Shown: positions 29,359 to 40,205 of the stretch, in pieces
Layout: each line of letters begins with the position of its first letter
Position numbering within the stretch: the stretch's first letter is position 1
Source: a virus
DNA length: 64,000 nt
Direction: 5' to 3' (one strand)
Virus record (IMG/VR): IMGVR_UViG_3300042566_002057
Location: 32,001 to 96,000 of that record
Position numbers and translations under genes: made by a program
The notes under the pieces: generated by a model
Seen by the model: only the letters and a program-made list of their open reading frames with translations
The model's database searches: none
Told to the model about the DNA's origin: nothing

Positions 29359-30127
29359 TACATCTCAGTTATCACAATATTTCCCTGAGGAAAATTTTGT
29401 TAAAATCTCATCAAGAGATATTGACTTTGATTACATCTGCTCACAAAATTGGAACAGAGTTTATATTTGTTTTGGTGAATCTAGAAAATTCATTACTGAT
29501 ATAAAGTTACATGATGACATTAACTTTTACTTGACACTACAGATAGTAGATAAACTTAAAGATATATCTAAAAATATTATAGTTTACTCATCTTGTGAAT
29601 TGTGGAATAAATATGATGGTCAAATTTCTATAGATTTAAATTTTAATTTCTATAGTACATCTTACTTACAGTCTAAATATAGGTTATCAAAGTATATTAT
29701 ATCAAATAAGTCTAAATACTCAAATGTTATAATACTTTATCCATTCAATTTTAATTCAACGTATAGAAGTGAAAATTTCTTATTTGGAAAAATATTTAAC
29801 TCAATAATAAATAAAAAAGTAGTAGAGATTGGTGATACCTATTTTTATAGAGATATTATACATCCAAAGTTTGTAGTTCAGAAATCATTAGTTTCAACAG
29901 AACATGAGATTATTGGTTCGGGTAGAAAAGTATTTGTGAATGATTTTATAAGAGATCTTTATAACGCATTTGGCTTAAAATATGAAGATTATGTAATTGA
30001 AAATACAAATAAATTCAATGAGTATGAGAAAAAAAACGAATACTATCTAAGATCTAATAGTTGTCTATATAATTATCAACAATTACTTAGTGATACGATA
30101 GAAGATATAAATAATTGTTTATTATGA
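29330..30127 (+). CDS. NAD-dependent epimerase/dehydratase-like protein
   Basis: Degenerate Rossmann start, YSS, YLQSK (YxxxK), RDIIH. Confidence 0.6.
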   Translation: MNFNNLLIGNTSQLSQYFPEENFVKISSRDIDFDYICSQNWNRVYICFGESRKFITDIKLHDDINFYLTLQIVDKLKDISKNIIVYSSCELWNKYDGQISIDLNFNFYSTSYLQSKYRLSKYIISNKSKYSNVIILYPFNFNSTYRSENFLFGKIFNSIINKKVVEIGDTYFYRDIIHPKFVVQKSLVSTEHEIIGSGRKVFVNDFIRDLYNAFGLKYEDYVIENTNKFNEYEKKNEYYLRSNSCLYNYQQLLSDTIEDINNCLL

Positions 30128-31011
30128 TAGATATTATATTAGTTCACACTGGTACTGTTTTTGAGAGTTATATAAATGATTGTATCACTCAACTAAAAAA
30201 ATTTAACTTAAAAATACATCTAATATTAAGTGATTGTTTGTTCGACAAGGTCGAACACAAAGATGTTATTTTAGTAAAAGCAGAAGACTACCTAGATGAT
30301 TATTATAATAATTTTAATCTTATTGGACATGACAATTCTTTTAGAGATGGATTTTGGATAAGAACTTCAACAAGATTCTTCTTGATAAATTCATATGCTC
30401 GTAATAACAACGTACAATCTTTTTTTCACATAGAAAATGATAATTTGATATTCAATGATTTAAACAACATCAAACAATTTTTACAATCACAATCTTATGA
30501 TATGGCCTTAGTTGTTGATTCAGAACAAAGATGTATACCATCTGTTATTTGGTTTAGAGATTCAACTATAACAAAAAGGTTATCAGAACACATTTATAAT
30601 AACAATAGTGTTAATGATATGACAAATTTGTATAATTTTTTTATATCAAATAGAGATATTGTCACAAACTTACCAATAATACCATCTTATGTAGAACAGA
30701 CAAAATTAATTAGTACTACCGGAATAAATTATTCTGGTGAAATTAATTATTCAAATTTTTATGAAGAGCTACAGTGTGTGTTTGATGGAGCTGCTATTGG
30801 TCAATACATAGGTGGAATTGACACAAGAAATAATCCAAGAGAAACTGAAGGTTTTGTAAATGAAACTACAATATTTGATGTTTCTAAATTCAATTTTTTT
30901 TGGAAAAATACAAAACCATATTTTGGTGATGAATTAATTCCTATAGTTAATTTACATTTACATAGTAAAAATCTAAAAAAATTCTTAAATTATGGACTTT
31001 ATACAAGGTGA
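30115..31011 (+). CDS. putative glycosyltransferase
   Basis: RFF, HIEND, FDGAAIGQY and NLHLHSK; island context. Confidence 0.55.
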   Translation: MFIMIDIILVHTGTVFESYINDCITQLKKFNLKIHLILSDCLFDKVEHKDVILVKAEDYLDDYYNNFNLIGHDNSFRDGFWIRTSTRFFLINSYARNNNVQSFFHIENDNLIFNDLNNIKQFLQSQSYDMALVVDSEQRCIPSVIWFRDSTITKRLSEHIYNNNSVNDMTNLYNFFISNRDIVTNLPIIPSYVEQTKLISTTGINYSGEINYSNFYEELQCVFDGAAIGQYIGGIDTRNNPRETEGFVNETTIFDVSKFNFFWKNTKPYFGDELIPIVNLHLHSKNLKKFLNYGLYTR

Positions 31012-31837
31012 GAAATTCATATACTTACAAAATGAGAATATAGTTTATTGTGCAACTCACGATGTAAATCAGTTCTTCAGAAGTTGTCAAATTAGTAAAC
31101 CATTTATTTTAATAACACATAATAGTGATGGATATATAACTGACAATCCGAGATATGTAAATACACTTGAACCACATCACCACGCTGATGTGAGTCTAAT
31201 TCCAGAAAACTTACATAAATGGTTTGGTTGTATGGTAGAATATCAACATGAAAAAATAGTTTCAATACCAATTGGAGTTGAAAATGCAATGCACTTCCGT
31301 AACAAAGGAGAAATAATAATCAATACATTAAATAAAAAAAATAATAAGTATTCAGATAAATTACTTTTTGTCAATTTTAAGATTTCTAATAATTACTCAG
31401 AAAGAATATCTGCATACAAGTCTGTTGAAGGTAAACCATTTTGTACATTTTCAGAAAAAATGTTTACAGAAGAACAACTTAATCCACCTACAGAAGCTTT
31501 TCCACCTATACACACAGAACCTTATGAGTATTTTGTTGATGAGATTAGCAAACATAAGTTTGTTTTATGTCCGGTGGGTAATGGATTAGAATCACATAGG
31601 TTATGGGAAGTTCTATACATAGGTTCAATTCCTATTACTCGTAGAAATGTAAACTACTCATTTTACGAAGATAAACTACCTATACTTATGGTAGATGATT
31701 GGTCTGAAATCACAGAAGATTTTTTAATTCAGAAATATTCAGAAATAACAAACAAATTAGAGAATAACTTCTATAATTTAGAAATGTTAAATTTTTCATA
31801 TTGGAGAGATTTAATCATTAACGAATCAAAAAAATAA
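30992..31837 (+). CDS. exostosin (GT47)-like glycosyltransferase
   Basis: KFVLCPVGNG.ESHRLWE.LY.GSIP. Confidence 0.7.
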   Translation: MDFIQGEKFIYLQNENIVYCATHDVNQFFRSCQISKPFILITHNSDGYITDNPRYVNTLEPHHHADVSLIPENLHKWFGCMVEYQHEKIVSIPIGVENAMHFRNKGEIIINTLNKKNNKYSDKLLFVNFKISNNYSERISAYKSVEGKPFCTFSEKMFTEEQLNPPTEAFPPIHTEPYEYFVDEISKHKFVLCPVGNGLESHRLWEVLYIGSIPITRRNVNYSFYEDKLPILMVDDWSEITEDFLIQKYSEITNKLENNFYNLEMLNFSYWRDLIINESKK

Positions 31838-31843
31838 ATTAAA

Positions 31844-32650
31844 GTGAAATTTAGAATTATTCTTCCTCCAGTAGGTGGTTTATTTAGTCAACTACACATG
31901 GGTATTTGTATTCTTATAAAAGAGACAAATTTAGAAGATGTCGAGGCTTTTAATTTGAGTCCTTCCTCAATATATATAAATAAAAAGGATAATTATATAA
32001 TTGAATCATTCAGTGGAATATATGAGATGACTGATGATGACTCATATATTCAAATAAAAGATGATAATATTACTATTGAATATGATAAGTATTTGAGCCT
32101 TTCTAATCCATTTTCTTCAATTGATATTGTTAAGTCCTTACTTAGTAAGATTAGAATTAAACAAGAGTTTTTATCATCTGTAGATGATTATGTAAATAGT
32201 TTTAATATAAATAAAAATACATTGGGTGTACACATAAGATTGACAGATATGAATAAATATCACACAAATGAGTATGGAAATTTATACTACGATGATTTTC
32301 TAATGAAAATAAAAAAGGTATTAAAAGACAACAGTTCTATTGATAACATATTTATATCTTCTGATAATTATGAGTCAATTGAAAAAATAAAAAAAGATTT
32401 GGATGATATTAAAATTAGTTATATAGAAAATATAAAAAGGTGTGAGTTGGAGACTTCAGATAATTATCAATTTCAACTTGATAATCTAAAGAGTGATGAG
32501 TATATAAAAAGCACATTTACAGAAATGTATCTTTTATCAAAGTGTAGTTATCTAGTACATAGAATTTCTGGATTCGCTTTATTCGCCATACTATATAGTG
32601 AAACTTTATCAGAGGATAGAGTTTTTCAAATAAAAAATGAAGAAAAATGA
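31844..32650 (+). CDS. NodZ/GT23-like fucosyltransferase
   Basis: GGLFS, GVHIRLTD, FISSD and LLSKC. Confidence 0.65.
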   Translation: MKFRIILPPVGGLFSQLHMGICILIKETNLEDVEAFNLSPSSIYINKKDNYIIESFSGIYEMTDDDSYIQIKDDNITIEYDKYLSLSNPFSSIDIVKSLLSKIRIKQEFLSSVDDYVNSFNINKNTLGVHIRLTDMNKYHTNEYGNLYYDDFLMKIKKVLKDNSSIDNIFISSDNYESIEKIKKDLDDIKISYIENIKRCELETSDNYQFQLDNLKSDEYIKSTFTEMYLLSKCSYLVHRISGFALFAILYSETLSEDRVFQIKNEEK

Positions 32651-33054
32651 AGAAAATTTACTCAAAAATAGAATCTGAAAAACTGATTTGTTCAGTTATT
32701 TCTTTAGAAGACATTGGTTCTTATCGAATAGATATTAGTCCGGAGAGTGAATTTTTACAAGTTAGTGCTAGAAGTCTAAATGATAAAGTATTTGTAAAGG
32801 CACATAAACATAAACCTATTTTAAGAGAAACTACTATAACACAAGAGGCATGGATTGTACACAGAGGTAAAATAAAAGCAATGATATATGATATTGATAA
32901 AACCTTTATAGAAGAAATTATCATAACTGATGGTGGTTGTATAGTTTTATATAATGGAGGTCATAGTCTCACTACACTTGAAGAAAACACCATATTTTAT
33001 GAGATTAAAACCGGTCCATATTTTGGTTATGAAAATGATAAAGAAGATATATGA
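32647..33054 (+). CDS. cupin-fold protein (WbuC-like)
   Basis: AHKH...QE...GGH...EIKTGPY. Confidence 0.7.
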   Translation: MKKIYSKIESEKLICSVISLEDIGSYRIDISPESEFLQVSARSLNDKVFVKAHKHKPILRETTITQEAWIVHRGKIKAMIYDIDKTFIEEIIITDGGCIVLYNGGHSLTTLEENTIFYEIKTGPYFGYENDKEDI

Positions 33055-33809
33055 TAACTGTCAATTTTAATCCATTAACCGATGATAAAAATATAGCACT
33101 TGGTAATCATATGTTTCAATATGCTGTCTGTAGAATAGTTGCTGAAAAAAATTCTTATAGTTTTTATATACCTCACAAAAGTTTTATTTCTCAGTGTTTT
33201 GAGAATATAGACCTAGGAGAAAAAAATGGTGAAATATTACATAATTACATTGAAAGTGCTGACCAAACATACGATCCTAATATTTTTTCTGTTTCAGACT
33301 TTACAAATTTAGTTGGTTATTTTCAAACTGAAAAATATTTTTTAGACTACGAAGACGATGTGAAAATGTGGTTCAAACCAACATTAGATAGTAAAACAAA
33401 AAGTATAATTGATAAATATCCAATATCTAAATATTGTTACATTCACTTAAGAGGAGGAGATTATAGAATTAATGGTTCACTATTACCCAAAGAGTATTTT
33501 GATAGAGCTATTGAAAAAGTCAAAGAGATTAAAAGTGACTTATCTTTTGTTGTTGTGACTGATGATTTAGAACTCTCTAAAAGTTATTTTCCAAACTTTG
33601 ATGCTATATCAAATGAAGTCATAACGGATTTTAAGACACTTTACTTTTCTAATTTTTCAATTATATCAAACTCATCATTCTCTTGGTGGTCAAGTTGGTT
33701 GACTGATAAAGAAATAACTATTGCTCCTAATAATTGGTTATATTATAACAATACAGCAAAAGATATTCATCCAAAAGACATTAAAACTAATAAATTTATA
33801 TTTATATGA
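33051..33809 (+). CDS. alpha-1,2-fucosyltransferase (GT11)
   Basis: LGNHMFQYA, GYFQTEKYF, HLRGGDY and NSSFSWW motifs. Confidence 0.88.
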   Translation: MITVNFNPLTDDKNIALGNHMFQYAVCRIVAEKNSYSFYIPHKSFISQCFENIDLGEKNGEILHNYIESADQTYDPNIFSVSDFTNLVGYFQTEKYFLDYEDDVKMWFKPTLDSKTKSIIDKYPISKYCYIHLRGGDYRINGSLLPKEYFDRAIEKVKEIKSDLSFVVVTDDLELSKSYFPNFDAISNEVITDFKTLYFSNFSIISNSSFSWWSSWLTDKEITIAPNNWLYYNNTAKDIHPKDIKTNKFIFI

Positions 33810-34927
33810 AATTTGATTTTGTAATAGTTGGTTCTGGTTTCTTTGGTGCTATCTGTGCTTATGAACTAAATAAGAGCGGATATAAATGTTTAGTTTTAGA
33901 AAAGAGAAATCACATTGGTGGTAATTGTTATACTGAAAATAAAGACGGTATAAACATACACACTTACGGACCTCATATTTTTCACACATCAAATGAAAAT
34001 GTTTGGTCTTGGATAAACCAATTTGTAAGCTTCAACAACTTCACACTTAGACCGGTTGCAAATTATAAGGATGAGATTTACTCTTTACCATTTAATATGT
34101 GGACATTTTCTAAATTGTGGAATATAACTCATCCTGAACAAGCTAAAAAAATTATTGAAGAGCAATCTAAAGAAATTGAGGAACCTCAAAATCTTGAAGA
34201 ACAAGCAATAAAATTAGTTGGTAAAGATGTTTATTATAAGCTTATAAAAGGATATACTGAAAAACAGTGGAGAAAGTCAGCGACTGAACTTCCAAAAGAA
34301 ATTATTAAAAGACTTCCGGTAAGATTTACTTATGACAACAATTACTTTAATGATAAGTATCAAGGTATTCCAATTGGTGGATATACTCAAATTTTTGAGA
34401 AGTTGTTACAAGACATCGAAGTTAAATTAGAAGTAGATTACCTAAAAGATAAAGAATATTGGAACTCACAATCAAAGAGAGTAATTTATACCGGTCCAAT
34501 TGATGCTTATTTTGATTATCAATTTGGTGAACTAGAATATAAAACTACTGAATTTGACCATAAAAGAATTAAATCTGATAATTTTCAAGGAATTGCTATG
34601 ATGAATTTTACAGATATTGAAGTACCGTATACTAGATGTATTGAACATAAACACTTTGAGAACTCTGTATCAGATTCAACTTGGATTAGTTATGAGTATC
34701 CAGTGGAATATAATAAAACAAAAGAACCTTATTATCCAGTTAATGATAAAGTAAATAATGAAAAGTACACTGAATATAAAAATCTTTCACAGAGTATAGA
34801 AAATATTTATTTTGGTGGAAGATTAGCTGAATATAAATACTATGACATGCATCAAGTTATAGATAGTGCTCTTAAATTTGTAGATAACTTATTAGAATCT
34901 CTGAATGATTCCAGGAATTTCTCCTAA
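33806..34927 (+). CDS. glf: UDP-galactopyranose mutase
   Basis: VGSGFFG, HIGGNCY, YGPHIFHT, EPYYP and GRLAEYKYYDM. Confidence 0.95.
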   Translation: MKFDFVIVGSGFFGAICAYELNKSGYKCLVLEKRNHIGGNCYTENKDGINIHTYGPHIFHTSNENVWSWINQFVSFNNFTLRPVANYKDEIYSLPFNMWTFSKLWNITHPEQAKKIIEEQSKEIEEPQNLEEQAIKLVGKDVYYKLIKGYTEKQWRKSATELPKEIIKRLPVRFTYDNNYFNDKYQGIPIGGYTQIFEKLLQDIEVKLEVDYLKDKEYWNSQSKRVIYTGPIDAYFDYQFGELEYKTTEFDHKRIKSDNFQGIAMMNFTDIEVPYTRCIEHKHFENSVSDSTWISYEYPVEYNKTKEPYYPVNDKVNNEKYTEYKNLSQSIENIYFGGRLAEYKYYDMHQVIDSALKFVDNLLESLNDSRNFS

Positions 34928-35491
34928 TTCTAATACCTTACTCTTATCTAATACAAACTCAATATCGTAGAAATTAAAGTGGAATGTCAGTGTAAAATCT
35001 TGAGCATTTACTTTTTGTTGTGAGTAGTTAAAGTCTTGGTCAGAAAGACCTTTTAGAATTATTTCGTAGAATCTAATTACATAAATGGCATCTCTGTGTA
35101 TATCAACACATGTTATTGTAAACGGATAAATAAAAGAGTTTTCTGTATCTAAATAGTGTTTAGATATTATATCAAACATTAACCAATAATTTAAGTCAGA
35201 GTCTACTGATCTAAAAGTAAGTGTTAAATCGTGAGTAGTTGTTATATCTTGAATGTTTTTAGCTGGTTTGAATTGTCTTTCTTTACCTCTAATTAATATT
35301 TGTTTCGGCATATCAAAACTTATACCTGGAAAATTTACCGATTTGATAGTTGAATTTAAGTAATCAATAATATTTTCATACTGAATCCAATTTTTTTCTA
35401 ATATAGGTTTATAAGTATCCAGAATCTCTGATGGTAGAAAATCTGAGGGCAAATTGAATATAAACTGACTACTCTGACTATTTAATCTCAT
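34892..35491 (-). CDS. putative tail tube / tail completion-fold protein
   Basis: SVNFPGIS...LTLTF...NYWLMFD...FTLTFHF pattern resembling T4 gp3/gp19-fold proteins. Confidence 0.5.
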   Translation of the reverse strand: MRLNSQSSQFIFNLPSDFLPSEILDTYKPILEKNWIQYENIIDYLNSTIKSVNFPGISFDMPKQILIRGKERQFKPAKNIQDITTTHDLTLTFRSVDSDLNYWLMFDIISKHYLDTENSFIYPFTITCVDIHRDAIYVIRFYEIILKGLSDQDFNYSQQKVNAQDFTLTFHFNFYDIEFVLDKSKVLELGEIPGIIQRF

Positions 35492-37551
35492 TTACCTTTT
35501 AATTTTTTTAGTTTTTCTTGTGCGTCAACTAATCCAGTTGATTTCTTAAATGGTGAATTTTCTTTTGTTATTCCAGTTTCTTTAATAATTTGTTGAGTCT
35601 CACTTTTTATAGTATCATCTAAAATTATCTGTTGATTTAATGTCGCTGGAGGTGTTTTCTTATTTAAGTCTGCTGCTTGTTTATTCAACTCAGCAACGTT
35701 AACTTTATTATCAAATATTTTAAATAAACCGGTATAAATAACTGAAGTATTGGATTTACTAGAACCAATAATATAAAACACATTAATTCCGGAATCAAAA
35801 ATTGCTTTTATGTCCTTAAACTTACTTTGCGGTAATTTAAATACACACTGACCACCTTTTAAGTCAACTACACCAGCTTCTATATAAAGTGGAGCTGATA
35901 CTTCTGTTTTATCGTTCTTAATAACCATTTTAATCTCATCAAACAATGACATATCAAAATACTGTGGTGATGTCGACAAACCAGTAGCAATTGAGAATCT
36001 TACTATATTATCAAATGGATATAAAAGAACTTGAATTTGACCATTTCCAAAAAATGTTTGTGAATTAAACACCGCATTTTCAGACTTAGCAATAACATTA
36101 AACCTATCAACCAATACTGGAAAAGGAACCTGTACTGTTTCAACAACAACATTTGATCCACCTTGAGACATCGGTGTCATTGTGGTTGTTGGTGATGATA
36201 TGTTACTTGTTGCATTTGATATAAGACCATTAGGATCGTTTGGTGACAGTGATGACTGTTGCATAGACTGAGATAGTTGTAATATGTTTGTAGACGTTCC
36301 TAATATAGTAGCGGCTGAGTTTGGTGATATTATTTGTGGAGGTCTCGGTGGTAAATTCTTTAATTTCAACATACCCATTGAGTTTCCAATACCAACCAAC
36401 GAAGGATCTATAGCATTTTTAATGTTATAAATTTTAGGTTTAGATGCTTTATTTAAGTTAATCTTAATTAACCTAAGTGAATATTTAGATACTTCATCCT
36501 GTAACATACCATAAGAAGCTCTTCTTATAATGTATGAATCATCAACAGCATCTATTAATCTCATTTCAACATCTATAATAGCAGTCGTAGTTGAATACTT
36601 TATAATAGGTCTAAATTCAATTGTCTCATTAAAATTCTCAGTAACAACTGTTGTAATAGTTTTTCCTCTAATATTTTGTTCATACATTGTTATGTTGTAT
36701 TGAACATAAAATCTATTTCCTAAGTAATATGAGTCATCAATAAATTGTTTGAATCCCGCGATTGTGCCATTATAAGTACCGTAGATTTCAAAGAAATCAC
36801 CATTTGGACTTTGTTCAATCATTAAACCTAAACTCTCGAACTCTGGAGTTTGAGGAAGAGAAGTAGAAACTTTTGGTGATAACAAGTAAGTAGTTACAGC
36901 ATTAATAGTCTGAACTGAATTGATAAAGTGAAAATCAATGAAAATAGGTGTAGTGGTATTGAAACCGTTTCCATCAGACAATATTGAATTTAGACTATTC
37001 TCTTTTGGTCTGTTATCTACTCTTTGATTAGAAACAGCACCTAATGCTGGAATCTGAATTGTTATGTTCTTACCCCAAAGTTTCTCCTGAAATAAAAGAG
37101 GTGGTGACGTAAAGTTCATCAGATACTGTTGACTGATATCAGTCATATCAAAATAAAAATTACTTAAGTCGTATGTTCTTTGATTTTCTATATCATAAGC
37201 GAAAACTCGCATATAAAATCCAAGATATTCACCAAATGTCCAGTTAATAGGTAAGTGAACTCTTACACTATCATGTTTTGTTGGTGATGATATACCATAG
37301 TTTTTAATTTGTAAAAATGAGTAAAATGATGTATCTATTTTACCAAATCTGTTTGATACATTATCTAACTTGAAAAGTTGATTACCAACTGTATTCCCAG
37401 TAGCAGATGCGTCAGTTGCCATATAAGAGTTCAACTGATTTTTACTGTTTACTAATATATCATAAGACTCTGATAAGATGTTAGAATCGTCGTAGATATA
37501 TTCTATCAAAACATTCTTGTCTACTTTTAGAAATTTACTTACTTTTGACAT
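35488..37551 (-). CDS. large putative virion structural protein
   Basis: 687 aa, beta-rich; TATATA upstream; coupled to the tail-like gene. Confidence 0.55.
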   Translation of the reverse strand: MSKVSKFLKVDKNVLIEYIYDDSNILSESYDILVNSKNQLNSYMATDASATGNTVGNQLFKLDNVSNRFGKIDTSFYSFLQIKNYGISSPTKHDSVRVHLPINWTFGEYLGFYMRVFAYDIENQRTYDLSNFYFDMTDISQQYLMNFTSPPLLFQEKLWGKNITIQIPALGAVSNQRVDNRPKENSLNSILSDGNGFNTTTPIFIDFHFINSVQTINAVTTYLLSPKVSTSLPQTPEFESLGLMIEQSPNGDFFEIYGTYNGTIAGFKQFIDDSYYLGNRFYVQYNITMYEQNIRGKTITTVVTENFNETIEFRPIIKYSTTTAIIDVEMRLIDAVDDSYIIRRASYGMLQDEVSKYSLRLIKINLNKASKPKIYNIKNAIDPSLVGIGNSMGMLKLKNLPPRPPQIISPNSAATILGTSTNILQLSQSMQQSSLSPNDPNGLISNATSNISSPTTTMTPMSQGGSNVVVETVQVPFPVLVDRFNVIAKSENAVFNSQTFFGNGQIQVLLYPFDNIVRFSIATGLSTSPQYFDMSLFDEIKMVIKNDKTEVSAPLYIEAGVVDLKGGQCVFKLPQSKFKDIKAIFDSGINVFYIIGSSKSNTSVIYTGLFKIFDNKVNVAELNKQAADLNKKTPPATLNQQIILDDTIKSETQQIIKETGITKENSPFKKSTGLVDAQEKLKKLKGK

Positions 37552-37600
37552 TACTACTGGTTAGAATTTAATGTATATATAAAAAAAGAAAACCTTTCTC

Positions 37601-37996
37601 TCAAGAAAGGTTTTCTCTAATAAGTCTTTGTTTGACATATTCTATAATGACATTTTCGGGTATATCTCCGTGTTTTATTTTGATAGCTCTCCACAATTCT
37701 TGTTCTTCAAGACCAAGTTTTTCAACTTGTTTATTAAGTGGGTCTACAAGTTTCTGTAGTTTCTGACCTTCAATTTCAAATTCTTGAACCACCTTTGCTA
37801 ACTCACCGACCGCTTCTTCAACAGAATTTCTATCATCAGCAAAATTTTCTTGAATATCTTCTACTTTGTGAATTAGATTATCAATATTTGCGGTAATTTC
37901 TCTAGCTCTTCTTTTATATAAATCTAAATTAGAATTTACTTTAAGATATTCTCTTCTTATTCTAACAGCCGCATTTACAAAATTTTCGTCAATCAT
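37601..37996 (-). CDS. coiled-coil hypothetical protein
   Basis: 131-aa ORF. Confidence 0.65.
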   Translation of the reverse strand: MIDENFVNAAVRIRREYLKVNSNLDLYKRRAREITANIDNLIHKVEDIQENFADDRNSVEEAVGELAKVVQEFEIEGQKLQKLVDPLNKQVEKLGLEEQELWRAIKIKHGDIPENVIIEYVKQRLIRENLS

Positions 37997-38958
37997 TATT
38001 TGGAAGTTTCTTTTTTAGCTCTAGGTTTTCTAGTAGTTTTTGGTTTTGTTGGAGTCTCAATATCTTTTGTTAAAACCGGTTCTTTCTCAAAAGAAAGTGG
38101 TTCATGTTTTTCAACTTGTGTAACTGAATCTGTTATTTGTGGATTAACAGGTGTTGTAGTAGTATCAGCTCCATATACAACTTCTTTAATTTTTTGTCTA
38201 ATCATATCTTCAATCATTTGAGGATTTGACAAAATATTTTGAGTAAACTCTGATGCTAAGAAATCAATAATACTAGTGTTATAAGAATCTTCCATCATTT
38301 CAATAAAGTCAGGTCGAGGAATTCTGTTTTTAATTTCAAGTGAAATTGAAAAATCTTTTATTCTTTTTACGTTCTTAAACATATTTATAATAGGATCCTC
38401 AGTTTGTGTTTGAGTAACTTCTGGTTGATTATAATTAACTTCTTGAGGGGTAGGATCTCTATTTACTTCTACTCTCATCACAGGCTCATCGACTATTGGA
38501 GGTCTTTGTGTTACAACTGGTAATTCATCTTCTGAATCTTCACCTAAAATTTTAGCAAAGGCTTGTTGTTGATTCATTACTTGTGGTGAACTATCAATAG
38601 AAGCTCCATATTTTCTAGCCAGTTCAGCTTTTTCATCTTCTTCAGTAGTCATAACAATAGCACTTTCATTTACTGCCGGTGAAAGTTCTCCACCAAATCT
38701 TGAAGATATTTCTTCAGGATCATCTTGCATCATATTTGTTGGGATATTTTTTATTTTATCTGCTAAAATATTATAAGCACCTTGGTTGTTGAAAAAGTTA
38801 AGAGGGTCTATTTGTTCGGTGAAGTGATTTGTATCAGTTAGAGTCCTAACATCTAGTTTTTGTTTATTTTCGAGAATTGCGATGTTCTCAAAAGAATCAA
38901 TAACTTTGACAACTTCTCCTGTTTTATTATTTCTGAAAGTTTTATTGGCTAAATTCAT
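37996..38958 (-). CDS. hypothetical protein (likely start MNLANK at 38958)
   Basis: The ORF-track extension to 39090 crosses the hairpin after gp32 and a TATATA motif, so the later ATG is preferred. Confidence 0.65.
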   Translation of the reverse strand: MNLANKTFRNNKTGEVVKVIDSFENIAILENKQKLDVRTLTDTNHFTEQIDPLNFFNNQGAYNILADKIKNIPTNMMQDDPEEISSRFGGELSPAVNESAIVMTTEEDEKAELARKYGASIDSSPQVMNQQQAFAKILGEDSEDELPVVTQRPPIVDEPVMRVEVNRDPTPQEVNYNQPEVTQTQTEDPIINMFKNVKRIKDFSISLEIKNRIPRPDFIEMMEDSYNTSIIDFLASEFTQNILSNPQMIEDMIRQKIKEVVYGADTTTTPVNPQITDSVTQVEKHEPLSFEKEPVLTKDIETPTKPKTTRKPRAKKETSK

Positions 38959-39067
38959 CTGGGTAAATTTTATTTTTCTTCTATTTATATAAGAATTAGT
39001 TCTTTTGTTTAAGTATATAAAAAAAAATCCCATATTTCTATGGGATTTAATTTTTTCAGAGTTACTA

Positions 39068-40036
39068 TTATAAATCTGAGAAGAAATCATCTTCTTCTTC
39101 AGTTACTGATTTAGTGTTTGAAGACGAAGTTGAACTGAAATTATCATCAAAATCGAAATCATCAGAAGATGGTTTTGACTCTTGTTTCGCTGCGTTGAAC
39201 GAACCAGATGATTTTCCAGTCAAGAAATTTGTGATTTCTGTAATTTTTGACTGTTGTTCTTCAGTAAGAGATTTTGGTGAAAACTCTTCTAAGTGATGCT
39301 CACGGTCTAATAAGAAATCTTTGATTTTACCTTGAACAGATGCTTCAATTTTACCTTCGTTAAGAGGAGCATTCTTGAATGCTTGTTTCTCTTTAAAGTA
39401 GATAGGAAGAGAAGAAGTCTCAGGCTTAAACATACTCATTTTGTAATCAGGGTATGTTTCATCACCAGTTTGGATTTCTTTTACTACAAGTACGAAATCT
39501 TTACCAGCTGCCAAGTCAAAGACATTACAAGGAACACCAGAGATTTCTCCGTTTTTCTCAGCTTGAATTTTATCTTTGATTGTTTTACCATATTGGAAGA
39601 TTAAAATCTTACCAACTAATTCTGGTTGTTGCTCATCTTCAATAACTAAAACATAAGAGTAGTATTTCTTAGAATACTTTAACATCTTAGATTTTTCGAT
39701 TAAGATTGCGTTTTTAGAATTTTGCATTGTGTAGTACAAATCTGTCAAAGGACACTTCTCGTTGAAGTTCTTTGGAGAGTCAAACCATCCGCTTAATTCT
39801 TTTTGATTTTTGATATCAACATAGTGAGTAATTTTCTCAATTGCTGATTGACCAACTTTACCTTCTTGTGTTAAGTTAGGAAGAAATCTTACTACAGATC
39901 TCCATCCTCTTTTTTTGTCCTTACATTTAGAAAGGTCAACTCGATAAATACCGTCGTTGTTTGTTGCTTTTTGTTCATTAAGGAAGTCCATTTTGGTGTC
40001 CAAACTGCCGTTAAATAAGTCATCTAATTCTGCCAT
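39068..40036 (-). CDS. T4 gp32-like single-stranded DNA-binding protein
   Basis: VVRFLP, YYSYVLVIED, IFQYGKTI, FDL..GKDF and PDY..S.F motifs; acidic tail EEEDDFFSDL. Confidence 0.88.
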   Translation of the reverse strand: MAELDDLFNGSLDTKMDFLNEQKATNNDGIYRVDLSKCKDKKRGWRSVVRFLPNLTQEGKVGQSAIEKITHYVDIKNQKELSGWFDSPKNFNEKCPLTDLYYTMQNSKNAILIEKSKMLKYSKKYYSYVLVIEDEQQPELVGKILIFQYGKTIKDKIQAEKNGEISGVPCNVFDLAAGKDFVLVVKEIQTGDETYPDYKMSMFKPETSSLPIYFKEKQAFKNAPLNEGKIEASVQGKIKDFLLDREHHLEEFSPKSLTEEQQSKITEITNFLTGKSSGSFNAAKQESKPSSDDFDFDDNFSSTSSSNTKSVTEEEDDFFSDL

Positions 40037-40205
40037 AATTGCTTTTTATTTTTTGTTATTCAGGAATTTATCCTGATAATATTTATATCAATGTTAATTG
40101 AAAAAGTTTAGTTATTTTTTAATTAGTTTTTTGTTTTTTACACAGATATATTATTATATTTTACTATAAAAATATGTTTTATTTTGAGATTGTAATTTTG
40201 TAAGA

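Noticed and set aside
16670-34927. Bacterial O-antigen/capsule locus implying a cellular contig
   Set aside because: No wzx/wzy/ABC export or priming transferase seen, and the flanks carry phage replication and structural genes
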